Part shown: positions 16,808-25,121 of the stretch, piece after piece
How the letters are laid out: every line of letters begins with the position of its first letter
How positions within the stretch are numbered: the stretch's first letter is position 1
Made by a program: the position numbers and the translations under genes
IMG/VR virus record: IMGVR_UViG_2778261536_000005
Span: 1 to 25,360 of that record
Strand: one strand, 5' to 3'
From: a virus
Lineage: Duplodnaviria; Heunggongvirae; Uroviricota; Caudoviricetes
Length of the DNA stretch: 25,360 nt
The notes under the pieces: generated by a model
The model's database searches: none
What the model was told of the DNA's origin: nothing
The model's input: only the letters and a program-made list of their open reading frames with translations

Positions 16808-18082
16808 TTAAGCCCCGTTATTACGGGGCTCTTTGTTGGTTCCTAAATCGGTGATCGGCACGTATTGCGACTGGCGCATTGCCACATCGCCACCCGGCAA
16901 TGGCGGGAGGTTGTCCGTTCGTCGCATCTCGTTGATGGTGCGTAGCCCTGCCTCTCCCATTGCCTTCATAAAGGCAGCGCGGGATGCCGAATCGCCCCTC
17001 AGCAGGCCGTCGAGGTTGTGCTCAGCATGAATGCGGCCAACATCCTTAGCAGGAATAAGCCACCGCTGAATGCTGTTTTCCCACCTGGAGATATAGGGCT
17101 GCAGGGTGTACTGCAGGAAGCCGAGATTCTGCTGCTCGATGCCCGATCCCCAGCTCGTTGATTTCTCGACGTCGCCGACAAGGTGAGGCGGTACGCCAAA
17201 GAATCGCGCCAGTTCACTTACCTGAAATTTTCGGGACGCCATCATTTCGGCATCCTGCGGAGTTACGCCAATTGCCGATGTAGAAAAACCCGCTTCCAGA
17301 ATCCAGAGGCGTTTTTTTACCGGGCCGCCGGCGATCTCTTTGAAGTTCTCTTCGACCTGGGAGCGCTGCTGTTCAGTTAGCACTTTTTCGCCAGTTGAGA
17401 GGATTTGCGGAGACTTGGCGCCGTTGGCAAAGAAATCTCGCTGCTGGTCCTCCATCGCAACTGCCACACCTGCCGATTTACAGGCAAAAGCAATGGGTGA
17501 CAGGCCTACAAGCCCGGTGAATCCGAAGCCTTTAAGGTGAAAAATCTCTTTCTGCGAAAAGTCGGCGTATTCGCTGTCGCGTTGATAGCGATAAACCACT
17601 TTTTTTCCGACGAGCTTCACATCCATATTGGCAGACTGAAGCGGGAGAAGGCTGATCACGTCACCTGCGCTGTTGCGGTCCACAAGTGCATATGCGTTAC
17701 CGTAGAAACAGAGCTGCATCGTCATGGCCTCCCTGAATTCTTGGGCGGTCATGTACTGATTCGGTGAGTAGCGCAGCAGTCGCGCCAGTGGATTGCTCAA
17801 ATCCACTTTTTTACGGTTGTCATTCTGGTCTGTTTCGAAGACATCAAGCGGTAAGCATGCCGTGAGCGTTGAAATCAGGCTCACGCAGCGCCACACAGTC
17901 GAAATTTGCAGTATCCGTTCATCGTTAATGGATGAATCGCCCAGGTGTCCGTGGGCCGAAACAGGCCCCGTCTGTGAGCCCTGATTTGGGGTGACTAAAC
18001 GCCCGCCGACAAACCAGGACTGCAGCCTTGCCCACCAGCCGTTATTGGTTCGCAGGTCAATCGTGTATTTAGGTTCTTCCAT
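16808..18082 (-). CDS. portal protein, HK97 family
   Basis: About 424 aa between TerL and protease. Track start at 18085 is a GTG; the ATG at 18082 overlaps the TerL stop (TGATG) and is preferred. Confidence 0.9.
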   Translation of the reverse strand: MEEPKYTIDLRTNNGWWARLQSWFVGGRLVTPNQGSQTGPVSAHGHLGDSSINDERILQISTVWRCVSLISTLTACLPLDVFETDQNDNRKKVDLSNPLARLLRYSPNQYMTAQEFREAMTMQLCFYGNAYALVDRNSAGDVISLLPLQSANMDVKLVGKKVVYRYQRDSEYADFSQKEIFHLKGFGFTGLVGLSPIAFACKSAGVAVAMEDQQRDFFANGAKSPQILSTGEKVLTEQQRSQVEENFKEIAGGPVKKRLWILEAGFSTSAIGVTPQDAEMMASRKFQVSELARFFGVPPHLVGDVEKSTSWGSGIEQQNLGFLQYTLQPYISRWENSIQRWLIPAKDVGRIHAEHNLDGLLRGDSASRAAFMKAMGEAGLRTINEMRRTDNLPPLPGGDVAMRQSQYVPITDLGTNKEPRNNGA

Positions 18083-19596
18083 CACATGCTCAGCGGTCGG
18101 AAAATGAAGTCGTCGAAGTCACCACCCTGTTCGGTAACTTCCCCATTAGCAGCACCAACGGACATTGTCATTGCGACCATGCCATCAATACGGCCCGTTG
18201 CTTTGGATTTATCGAGCTTGCGGTTGCCAGCAGCATCTTTCACCACCACCGCATTCACAGCACACATCGTTAATACGGGGTGCATGCCATGCCTCACGCG
18301 CCCGTTAAGCATCAGAGACTCCAGCGTGTCTACAGCTGGCCCCATATCCTTAAAGCCCTGGCCGAACTCGACCAGCGGGAGGCTCAGCCCAATGGCATCG
18401 GCATCCTTCCTGAACTGGTCAATGCGCCAGCGGTCAAAAGCCATCGAGGTAAGGTCGAAATCACCGATAATTTCAGCGATATCCGCAACGACGAATGAGT
18501 AATCCACCGAAGCTCCTGGCGTGGTGCGCAGCAGCCCCTCCCTCACCCAAACGTCATAGGGTGCTCGGTCCGTTTTGGTTCGCTCTTCAAGAGTCTTTTG
18601 CGGTGTCCAGAAGAAGGGGAAAACATCCCAGACACCATCATCTGCTTCACCAGCGATAACCAGCGCCGTTAAGTCGTTCCTGGCTGACAGATCCAGCCCC
18701 GCGTACCACTTCCTCGGGGTGTTAATCGGCATCTCTCCGCAAAGCTCCCACACGCTGCGGGAGATAAACGGCGATACGGTAGACACGCGCTGATTGAGGT
18801 TGAGGTTTCGGAAGGTGTTTTCGAAGCTTGGCATTCGGCCAGCTTTCTCAGCCTGGCGCGCCATGTCTTTTTCTGACCTGAATGTTCCCAGTGCCGGGTT
18901 CGCAGCCAGCCAGGACTCGCGTTTACTGATATCAGCGTCTTTTGGCGCTTCATAAACGTGGCACACGATGTGCGGATCTTTCGATTTGACCGCATCATCA
19001 ATCCAGATGCTAAGCAGGTCAGCATCGTTTGCTGCCTGCGTACTGATAACGATTAGCAGCGGGTTTTCATGAGCCCCCTGCGCCGTAGTTATTGCATCGA
19101 TAAAATCATCCTGCGGGCCCCTAACCTGCCCTGTTTCATCGAGAATGGCCAGAATGGGGGAAAGGCCGTGCGTCGTCTTACCTTCTGCGGATAAAGCCTT
19201 GTATTCGACGTTACACGGCAGGCCGATCAGCTTTTTGCCGCTGGGCGTAATGTGCACAATCTCCTGCAGCTTGGGGTTCAGGTTAACCATCTTCACCGCG
19301 AGGTTAAAAACGATGGCCGCCTGTTCCCGGCTGAGTGCACCGCTGACAATCTGCGTGTTCTGCACCGCTTCAGGCCCCACCAGGTGAGCCAGCAGAATTC
19401 CGGCAATCAGGCCAGTCTTACCATTTTTTCGGGCGATGGAGAGGATCGCCATATCCGTTCCGGCTGGATTGTCGTAAACCGCCAGGATGAAATCTTTCTG
19501 AAAGGGGTCCAACCGCATAGGTTGGCCGATAAGCTTGCCTTCTGGCACGATGCAAAAGCGCTCAATGAACGCTATTACACGCTCACCTCGCGTCAT
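18082..19596 (-). CDS. terminase large subunit
   Basis: 504 aa, with an ATPase region (ARKNGKTGL Walker A-like, ILDE Walker B-like) and a C-terminal nuclease region. Confidence 0.95.
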   Translation of the reverse strand: MTRGERVIAFIERFCIVPEGKLIGQPMRLDPFQKDFILAVYDNPAGTDMAILSIARKNGKTGLIAGILLAHLVGPEAVQNTQIVSGALSREQAAIVFNLAVKMVNLNPKLQEIVHITPSGKKLIGLPCNVEYKALSAEGKTTHGLSPILAILDETGQVRGPQDDFIDAITTAQGAHENPLLIVISTQAANDADLLSIWIDDAVKSKDPHIVCHVYEAPKDADISKRESWLAANPALGTFRSEKDMARQAEKAGRMPSFENTFRNLNLNQRVSTVSPFISRSVWELCGEMPINTPRKWYAGLDLSARNDLTALVIAGEADDGVWDVFPFFWTPQKTLEERTKTDRAPYDVWVREGLLRTTPGASVDYSFVVADIAEIIGDFDLTSMAFDRWRIDQFRKDADAIGLSLPLVEFGQGFKDMGPAVDTLESLMLNGRVRHGMHPVLTMCAVNAVVVKDAAGNRKLDKSKATGRIDGMVAMTMSVGAANGEVTEQGGDFDDFIFRPLSM

Positions 19597-19602
19597 AGTC
19601 TT

Positions 19603-20088
19603 TTATCCGTGCTTGGGAAAGGCGATCAGGTTATCGTCCTGGTCCTGATGCTCGTTTTTGGTATTCCGTGCATCACGATCGTTCTGATTACGTTTCTTCT
19701 GGTCGCGACTTTCGCCGTTGGTTGCGTGGGAGTGGATCTGGAGGTCGCGGCGCTGAGCCAGGATAGTTCGTTGTAGCTCAACAATTTGCTTGCGGAGGTC
19801 TTTTATAAGGCCTTCGTCTCGCTCCTCCCCGCGTATGCGCTCTTCTTTGCGTAAATCCTTGCGTAAAACGGTGATATAGAGCTGATTATTAGCAAGTTCT
19901 ACGGCGGCTAGAAGGTCGGCAGGCGTCCAGCTGTCCAGAGCTTTCGATCTGATATTGTCATGCCAGAATGGTTCGGCTTTTTTCTCCAAACCTGCATGGG
20001 ACGGCGGATCGATGGTGTCCACAGCTGCATTTTTCATGGCCTGAACCGCTGCCGCCGAACTGTCGGAACGGATTCGTTTATCTGCCAT
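19603..20088 (-). CDS. terminase small subunit
   Basis: 161 aa basic/acidic ORF immediately upstream of TerL and next to the candidate cos region. Confidence 0.85.
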   Translation of the reverse strand: MADKRIRSDSSAAAVQAMKNAAVDTIDPPSHAGLEKKAEPFWHDNIRSKALDSWTPADLLAAVELANNQLYITVLRKDLRKEERIRGEERDEGLIKDLRKQIVELQRTILAQRRDLQIHSHATNGESRDQKKRNQNDRDARNTKNEHQDQDDNLIAFPKHG

Positions 20089-20089
20089 A

Positions 20090-20273
20090 TGTCAACACCT
20101 TAAAACTAAAAAAATCGGGTTAGCGTTAAATTCAAACTTTGGCGGCGGTCATTTGGGGCAAAGGTTTTGAAGATTTGATCCCCCCCCCTGCCCTGAATGC
20201 GATTCATTCTCATTTGATATCGTTGCATTTGAAATGATTTCACATGATAGATAATCTACTTGCCGCCGCCGCG
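20090..20273. other. candidate cos / terminase recognition region
   Basis: Non-coding segment between the HNH-coupled ORF and TerS with oppositely oriented GC-rich elements (TTGGCGGCGGTC and TTGCCGCCGCCGCG), a C8/G8 homopolymer and AT-rich stretches; the cut site cannot be fixed from sequence alone. Confidence 0.35.
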
Positions 20274-20477
20274 CTATGCCGAATGTTTGTCTACCTGTTC
20301 GAGTTTGTGATCGCCTTTCCCATACTCGGACCACACATGTCCTGACACGGTCAATGTCGGTACGTCCTCGCCTAAGGTGTGGGAGAACTGGATAGACGTT
20401 ACGCGCTTCATCTCCACGCCATCAATCGCCAGCTGAACAAACTTACCGTCTCGGTATTCAATGATGAGGTCTTTCAT
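20274..20477 (-). CDS. hypothetical small protein translationally coupled to the HNH gene
   Basis: 67 aa ORF whose ATG overlaps the HNH stop (TAATG); ends at the candidate cos region. Confidence 0.5.
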   Translation of the reverse strand: MKDLIIEYRDGKFVQLAIDGVEMKRVTSIQFSHTLGEDVPTLTVSGHVWSEYGKGDHKLEQVDKHSA

Positions 20478-20818
20478 TACGTGCTCCAGTGAGACGCAGG
20501 ATCGAGCGGGTAGCCGTTGGCATCACAACCGATTACCGCGCCGCTCTTCTCCATTCTCTGTTTCGTTGAGTCATGATGCGCTTTGCACAGTGGCTGCCAG
20601 TTCTCTTTACTCCAGAACAGGAGCTGTGCTTTCGATATGGCCAGAGGGTTACCTGACTTAAGCGCATCTTTCAGTTTGTGGGGCACGATATGGTCGACCA
20701 CCGTTGCTGGTGTTATGCGCCCCTGCTGCTCGCACATCACACACAGTGGGTGCTGCTGGAGAAAACGCAGACGGGCCTTATCCCATCGGCTGCCATATAC
20801 GCGGGGCTCTTTGTTCAT
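20477..20818 (-). CDS. HNH endonuclease associated with the terminase (HK97 gp74-like)
   Basis: Cys/His motifs (CVMC...VDHIVPH...CKAHHD). Track ORF starts at 20830; the ATG at 20818 (MNKEPR...) has a GGAGA RBS and is preferred. Confidence 0.85.
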   Translation of the reverse strand: MNKEPRVYGSRWDKARLRFLQQHPLCVMCEQQGRITPATVVDHIVPHKLKDALKSGNPLAISKAQLLFWSKENWQPLCKAHHDSTKQRMEKSGAVIGCDANGYPLDPASHWST

Positions 20819-21301
20819 GCCAGTCTCCATGCACGGCGGCGTTCTGGTTCATGACCAGTTTGTAAATCTCTAACTGGAATTTCTGTTCTTCAGTCATGAG
20901 AATAATCTCTGCCATTGTTGGCTCCGTTTATCCGTTAAAAGGGATATCAGTTAAGTTATCCCGTGTAGGGTATAAGCTATTGTCGAGACCACTCATTGAA
21001 TGGTCTCTGCAATAACCGATGTCTTTCCATCAGTCCGCCACCACAAAGAATCTTTTTTGCCATAAGGCAGGAGGTTCATCTTTCAGTGGCTGCCAGTGTT
21101 ATTTCCCCACTTACTGGCTTGGGTTGTTTCGCGGTGCTGCCGTTAACTGGTGGCGCACAGATTTAGTTAAATCCGTTCTCGCATGATCCAGCTTTTACAT
21201 ACCTGGATTGTGAGGGATGTAAATCACGGTTTCATTATCAAGCCCACCCGTAGATGGGCTTTGGAATGAAGAGTTGTTATGAAAATTGCTCTAAACAAGC
21301 A

Positions 21302-21790
21302 TTAATAGCCATCAGAAGTAATCGCTACAGATTTCAATCCCTCAATGTCATCCTTGGACAGGGCGAACCATTCACCGTGCTTTCTCTTTGCGGCAAATTT
21401 GCGATGAAGCATGTTTTCAGTTTCTCTTCCACCAGGGATCAGGCACTCAAGCTTCAAGCAGTCTGGTCCAGAGTTGCCAAGCGATTTGATGCGTTGTGGA
21501 ATGTTGGATGAATACCCAATTTTGGTTAGCCCAGTTTTCTTCGATGACAAAACGTATACCTGAGGAGGTTCTTTTCTCTGGTCTTCCATTACACGTCTCA
21601 TTGTTGCCCTAAGTCCGCCGTGCATCAGCATTTCAACAAAGAACGCTGACCGAACACCTGACGACTTAAGCATGCCAGAAAATTCACTTGCCAATTCCAT
21701 TAACTCTGCGATGTTTTCAGGAACTTTTTGGCAGTTATCTTCCTTGTATAAGGAAATCATTCTTTGAAGCTTTTCTTCTAATTGGTTCAT
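21302..21790 (-). CDS. GIY-YIG-like / T5orf172-domain protein (putative nuclease), moron
   Basis: C-terminal VYVLSS..TGLTKIGYSSN...RIKSL...HRKF...GEWF fits a GIY-YIG/T5orf172 pattern; about 80 aa helical N-terminal region; AT-rich. Track ORF begins at a GTG (21826); the ATG at 21790 is preferred. Confidence 0.65.
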   Translation of the reverse strand: MNQLEEKLQRMISLYKEDNCQKVPENIAELMELASEFSGMLKSSGVRSAFFVEMLMHGGLRATMRRVMEDQRKEPPQVYVLSSKKTGLTKIGYSSNIPQRIKSLGNSGPDCLKLECLIPGGRETENMLHRKFAAKRKHGEWFALSKDDIEGLKSVAITSDGY

Positions 21791-21929
21791 AGCGTCTTTA
21801 CCTTTTAGAAAGTGAGCCTGTCTCACAGAAAAGCCGCCCGAGAGAGGTCGCCACCTATAACGGCATTTCTCAGGCTCGCTTACTGAAAGGCTCTCGTTAA
21901 TATGCGCGTGAGATGCGCGTTTACTGCGG

Positions 21930-21960
21930 ACATAAAAAAGCCCCGCATCGCGAGGCTCAT
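21930..21960 (-). terminator. intrinsic terminator downstream of Rz
   Basis: Minus strand AGCCTCGC-GAT-GCGGGGCT followed by TTTTTT, 30-60 nt after the Rz stop. Confidence 0.55.
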
Positions 21961-21988
21961 TAAATGGACTTTGTGATTTGCAAAAAAA

Positions 21989-22450
21989 TTATTTCAGGCA
22001 TTGCGTCCTGATGTACTCCTGCAGGTAGTTAACCTGCGCGGTTATCCTGTCGATTCCACTTCGGAGACGGTAATAATTGAGTTCAGCATCTGCTGTAAGT
22101 CCTGGGCTTTCTCCATCGCCCATGCCGCTGGCTCCGGTCGTTGACTTTGCACAGGTGGCGGCGACTTGCAGGCGCTTACGACCAGCAGAAACATCAGCAC
22201 GGAGACTTTCGATAGTCGCGTTAGCATCAGCAAGCTCCTTTGTATATCTGGCATCGAGTTCTGCTACGTCACGTTGACGCTTCTGCATATCAGAGATCGT
22301 CGCCATAGCCGAATCTAATGCCATAGCGTTTTCGTCGCGCTGTTTTTTGTATTCAATGGCTTTATTGTGGTAATGATTAGCTGACCAGACGAGAGAACCG
22401 AATAAAGTCAGGAGGAAAGCAGAAATAACCAGCTTATAGCGAAGTTTCAT
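21989..22450 (-). CDS. Rz: i-spanin Rz
   Basis: Close match to lambda Rz as recalled (AVNHY...AQRD...MQKRQRDVAELDARYTKELADA). Track ORF begins at a TTG (22483); the ATG giving MKLRYKL (153 aa) is preferred. Confidence 0.9.
   Translation of the reverse strand: MKLRYKLVISAFLLTLFGSLVWSANHYHNKAIEYKKQRDENAMALDSAMATISDMQKRQRDVAELDARYTKELADANATIESLRADVSAGRKRLQVAATCAKSTTGASGMGDGESPGLTADAELNYYRLRSGIDRITAQVNYLQEYIRTQCLK
22042..22227 (-). CDS. Rz1: o-spanin Rz1 lipoprotein, embedded in Rz in the +1 frame
   Basis: Embedded ORF with signal peptide and lipobox (LMFLLVVSAC) followed by a Pro-rich stretch; start taken at the internal Met MLTRL. Confidence 0.75.
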   Translation of the reverse strand: MLTRLSKVSVLMFLLVVSACKSPPPVQSQRPEPAAWAMEKAQDLQQMLNSIITVSEVESTG

Positions 22451-22910
22451 TAACCACCCCGCCAGCTTCTTTGAATTTGGCAATCAGACTATCGATCTTG
22501 TGTTCATACTGACCGTAGCCAGCACCGGGCAATGAAGCCCAAATATTGCTGCAACGATCAATAGCCTGACGAATATCACCCCGATCAATCAGCGGCAGCG
22601 CGCCGCGTTCTTTAATCTGCTGTAACGCCACCGCATCCTGGCTTTTCGGAGAGAAGTCTTTCAGGCCAAGCTGCTTACGATAGGCATCCCACCAACGGGA
22701 AAGAAGCTGGTAGCGTCCGGCGGCTGTTGATTTGAGTTTCGGGTTTAGCGTGACAAGTTTGCGAGGGTGATCGGAGTAATCAGTGAATAGCTCTCCGCCA
22801 ACAATGACGTCATAACCATGATTTCTGGTTTTCTGACGTCCGTTATCAGTTCCCTCTGACCATGCCAGCATATCGAGGAACGCCTTACGTTGATTATTGA
22901 TTCCCACCAT
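22434..22910 (-). CDS. R: endolysin R (lambda-type lytic transglycosylase)
   Basis: 158 aa, near-identical to lambda R as recalled ([49 protein letters not shown]...). Confidence 0.95.
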   Translation of the reverse strand: MVGINNQRKAFLDMLAWSEGTDNGRQKTRNHGYDVIVGGELFTDYSDHPRKLVTLNPKLKSTAAGRYQLLSRWWDAYRKQLGLKDFSPKSQDAVALQQIKERGALPLIDRGDIRQAIDRCSNIWASLPGAGYGQYEHKIDSLIAKFKEAGGVVNETSL

Positions 22911-23217
22911 CTTCTACTCCGGCTTTTTTAGCAGCGAAGCGTTTGATAAGCGAACCAATCGAGTCAGTACCGATGTAGCCGATAAACACGCTCGTTATAT
23001 AAGCGAGATTGCTACTTAGTCCGGCGAAGCCGAGAAGGTCACGAATGAACCAGGCGATAATGGCGCACATCGTTGCGTCGATTACTGTTTTTGTAAACGC
23101 ACCGCCATTATATCTGCCGCGAAGGTACGCCATTGCAAACGCAAGGATTGCCCCGATGCCTTGTTCCTTTGCCGCGAGAATGGCGGCTAACAGGTCATTT
23201 TTTTCTGGCATCTTCAT
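22894..23217 (-). CDS. S: holin S (class I, dual-start Met1-Lys2-Met3)
   Basis: 107 aa, near-identical to lambda S as recalled; overlaps R by 17 nt as in lambda. Confidence 0.95.
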   Translation of the reverse strand: MKMPEKNDLLAAILAAKEQGIGAILAFAMAYLRGRYNGGAFTKTVIDATMCAIIAWFIRDLLGFAGLSSNLAYITSVFIGYIGTDSIGSLIKRFAAKKAGVEDGGNQ

Positions 23218-23507
23218 GTCTTACCCCCAATAAGGGGATTTGCTCTATTTAATTAGGAATAAGGTCGATTACTGATAGAACAAATCCAGGCTACTGTGTT
23301 TAGTAATCAGATTTGTTCGTGACCGATATGCACGGGCAAAACGGCAGGAGGTTGTTAGGGCAACCTCATGCCACCCGCTTTCACGAAGCCAGCCATTGCG
23401 CTGGTTTTCTTTTATGCAAAGCACACCGCACCGTAGCCACAGCGGATAAGTTGATTATTTTTGTCTGTCTGGTATTTGGTTTGATGTGCTTTCAGAAAGG
23501 CCGTGCT

Positions 23508-23542
23508 TAAAACGCAAAAAACCCCGAGATATTAACTCAGGG
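23508..23542 (-). terminator. tR'-like late terminator downstream of pR'
   Basis: Minus strand CCCTGAG-TTAATAT-CTCGGGG followed by TTTTTT, about 60 nt downstream of the pR'-like promoter. Confidence 0.6.
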
Positions 23543-23574
23543 CTTTATTTAACGAGTGAATTTATCCATCGTTG

Positions 23575-23612
23575 ATGTCAAATTTACCCAACTTTATTCA
23601 AAAAGTCAATAT
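23575..23612 (-). promoter_or_regulatory. late promoter pR' with qut (Q utilisation) elements
   Basis: Minus strand TTGACT-17 bp-TAAATT followed by TTGACATCAACGATGG, matching lambda pR' and its AACGAT pause element as recalled; just downstream of Q. Confidence 0.6.
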
Positions 23613-23651
23613 CATGCCGTTAATATGTTGCCATCCGTGGCAATCATGCTG

Positions 23652-24275
23652 CTAACGTGTGACCGCATTCAAGATATTGTCTGCGATTGACTCTTCCTTG
23701 TGGCATTGCACCACCAGAGCGTCATACAGCGGCTTAACAGTGCGTGACCAGGTGGGTTGAGTAAGGTTTGGGATTAGCATCGTTACAGCGCGATATGCGG
23801 CGCTTGCTGGCATCCTTGAATAGCCGACACCTTTGCATCTTCCGCACTCTTTCTCAACAACTCTCCCCCACTGCTCTGTTTTTGCTATATCAACCGCGCG
23901 GCCTGTACCATGGCAATCTCTGCATCTTGCCCCCGGCGTCGCGGCACTACGGCAATAATCCGCATAAGCGAATGTTGCGAGCACTTGCAGTACCTTTGCC
24001 TTAGTATTTCCTTCAAGCTTTGCCACACCACGGTATTTCCCCGATACCTTGTGTGCAAATTGCATCAGATAGTTGATAGCCTTTTGTTTGTCGTTCTGGC
24101 TGAGTTCGTGCTTACCGCAGAATGCAGCCATACCGAATCCGGCTTGTGATTGCGCCATCCCCATAGCAGCCATCACATCAGTACCGGAAAGAGAGTCAGA
24201 AGCCGTGGCCCGTGGTGAGTCGCTCATCATCGGGCTTTTTGGCGAATGAAATTTAGCTACGCTTTCGAGTCTCAT
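23652..24275 (-). CDS. Q: late antiterminator Q (lambda type)
   Basis: 207 aa with zinc-binding Cys cluster (CRDCHGTG...CGRCKG); matches lambda Q as recalled; located upstream of pR' and S. Confidence 0.9.
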   Translation of the reverse strand: MRLESVAKFHSPKSPMMSDSPRATASDSLSGTDVMAAMGMAQSQAGFGMAAFCGKHELSQNDKQKAINYLMQFAHKVSGKYRGVAKLEGNTKAKVLQVLATFAYADYCRSAATPGARCRDCHGTGRAVDIAKTEQWGRVVEKECGRCKGVGYSRMPASAAYRAVTMLIPNLTQPTWSRTVKPLYDALVVQCHKEESIADNILNAVTR

Positions 24276-24937
24276 GCGCCTTCTCCCTGTACCTGAATCA
24301 ATGTTAGGTTTCCGCAGAACACTGCGCCGGTATCGATATACATTTGGTTGGCAAACTTGAGTGGTTTCACTGCTGGCGTATGACCAAAGATGAACGTGTC
24401 CGCGCCTTTGATTTCTTTCACGATCCCGTTTTGTGAGTTGCTGATTCGTTCGCGGTTCCAGATTACCTGCTGATGATCAACTGGCTTTCCAAACTCGTAT
24501 TCGTCACAAGGATAATCGGCGTGGCAGATGACATATTTTTTATCTTTGCTCACCAGTTCGATGATTAACGGAAGTTCATCTGCTTTATGGGCAAGAGCTT
24601 TAGCCAGAATTTCTTTGTCGTAATCGAGATTAAAGAACCAGCCACCGCCATTAAGCATCCAGTGATTGACGTTTCCGCGCTCTGATAAGCCATCAATCAT
24701 CATTTGCTCATGGTTTCCACGTACAGCTCTGAACCAGGGGAATGTGATTAATTCCAGGCATTCGACGTTCTCTGTACCGCGATCGACCAAATCGCCAACC
24801 GAGATAAGCAGGTCTTTTTTGGTGTCGAATCCTATCGTCTCCAGTTTTTTCATCAGGTTCGTGTAGCATCCGTGCAGATCGCCAACTACCCAAATATTTC
24901 GGTATTTGCTGCCATCAATTTTTTCGTAATAGCGCAT
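24272..24937 (-). CDS. Ser/Thr protein phosphatase (lambda PPase, NinI-like)
   Basis: GDLHG, GDLVDRG and GNHE metallophosphatase motifs. Track ORF has a 25 aa N-terminal extension overlapping ninH; the start at MRYYEK (221 aa) is preferred. Confidence 0.9.
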   Translation of the reverse strand: MRYYEKIDGSKYRNIWVVGDLHGCYTNLMKKLETIGFDTKKDLLISVGDLVDRGTENVECLELITFPWFRAVRGNHEQMMIDGLSERGNVNHWMLNGGGWFFNLDYDKEILAKALAHKADELPLIIELVSKDKKYVICHADYPCDEYEFGKPVDHQQVIWNRERISNSQNGIVKEIKGADTFIFGHTPAVKPLKFANQMYIDTGAVFCGNLTLIQVQGEGA

Positions 24938-25121
24938 CTCTTTCACTCCATCCGCGATGAACCATGAGAACGTCGTTGACGATGGCGTGCATTTTCCCGT
25001 CTTTATCATCAACGTATTTTCTGACCGTACCGCGACTACATTTCAGTCTGCGTGCTACTTCTGTCTGGTTTCCGTATGCTTCAACGAGCATGTCTGGAAT
25101 GGTTTTTACTGAGAACGTCAT
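24915..25121 (-). CDS. ninH: NinH
   Basis: 68 aa ORF matching lambda NinH as recalled, in the expected position between NinG and the phosphatase. Confidence 0.8.
   Translation of the reverse strand: MTFSVKTIPDMLVEAYGNQTEVARRLKCSRGTVRKYVDDKDGKMHAIVNDVLMVHRGWSERDALLRKN

Noticed and set aside
16811-16835. Hairpin AGCCCCGT-TATT-ACGGGGCT at the 3' end of the portal gene
   Set aside because: It lies within or immediately at the last portal codons and is followed by only a weak U-run, so a terminator call is not supported; it may still affect RNA stability.
20149-20334. 61 aa minus-strand ORF across the candidate cos region
   Set aside because: Overlaps the better-supported HNH-coupled ORF and the non-coding cos candidate; no RBS; Arg-rich translation typical of out-of-frame GC-rich sequence.
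20835-21300. Possible tRNA gene in the long spacer
   Set aside because: No T-loop-like GGTTCGAATCC or GTTCRANYC motif on either strand and no cloverleaf-compatible arrangement found by eye; a covariance-model scan would be needed to exclude it formally.
21254-21511. 85 aa plus-strand ORF overlapping the GIY-YIG-like gene
   Set aside because: The minus-strand frame carries the recognisable nuclease motifs; the plus-strand frame is most likely spurious.
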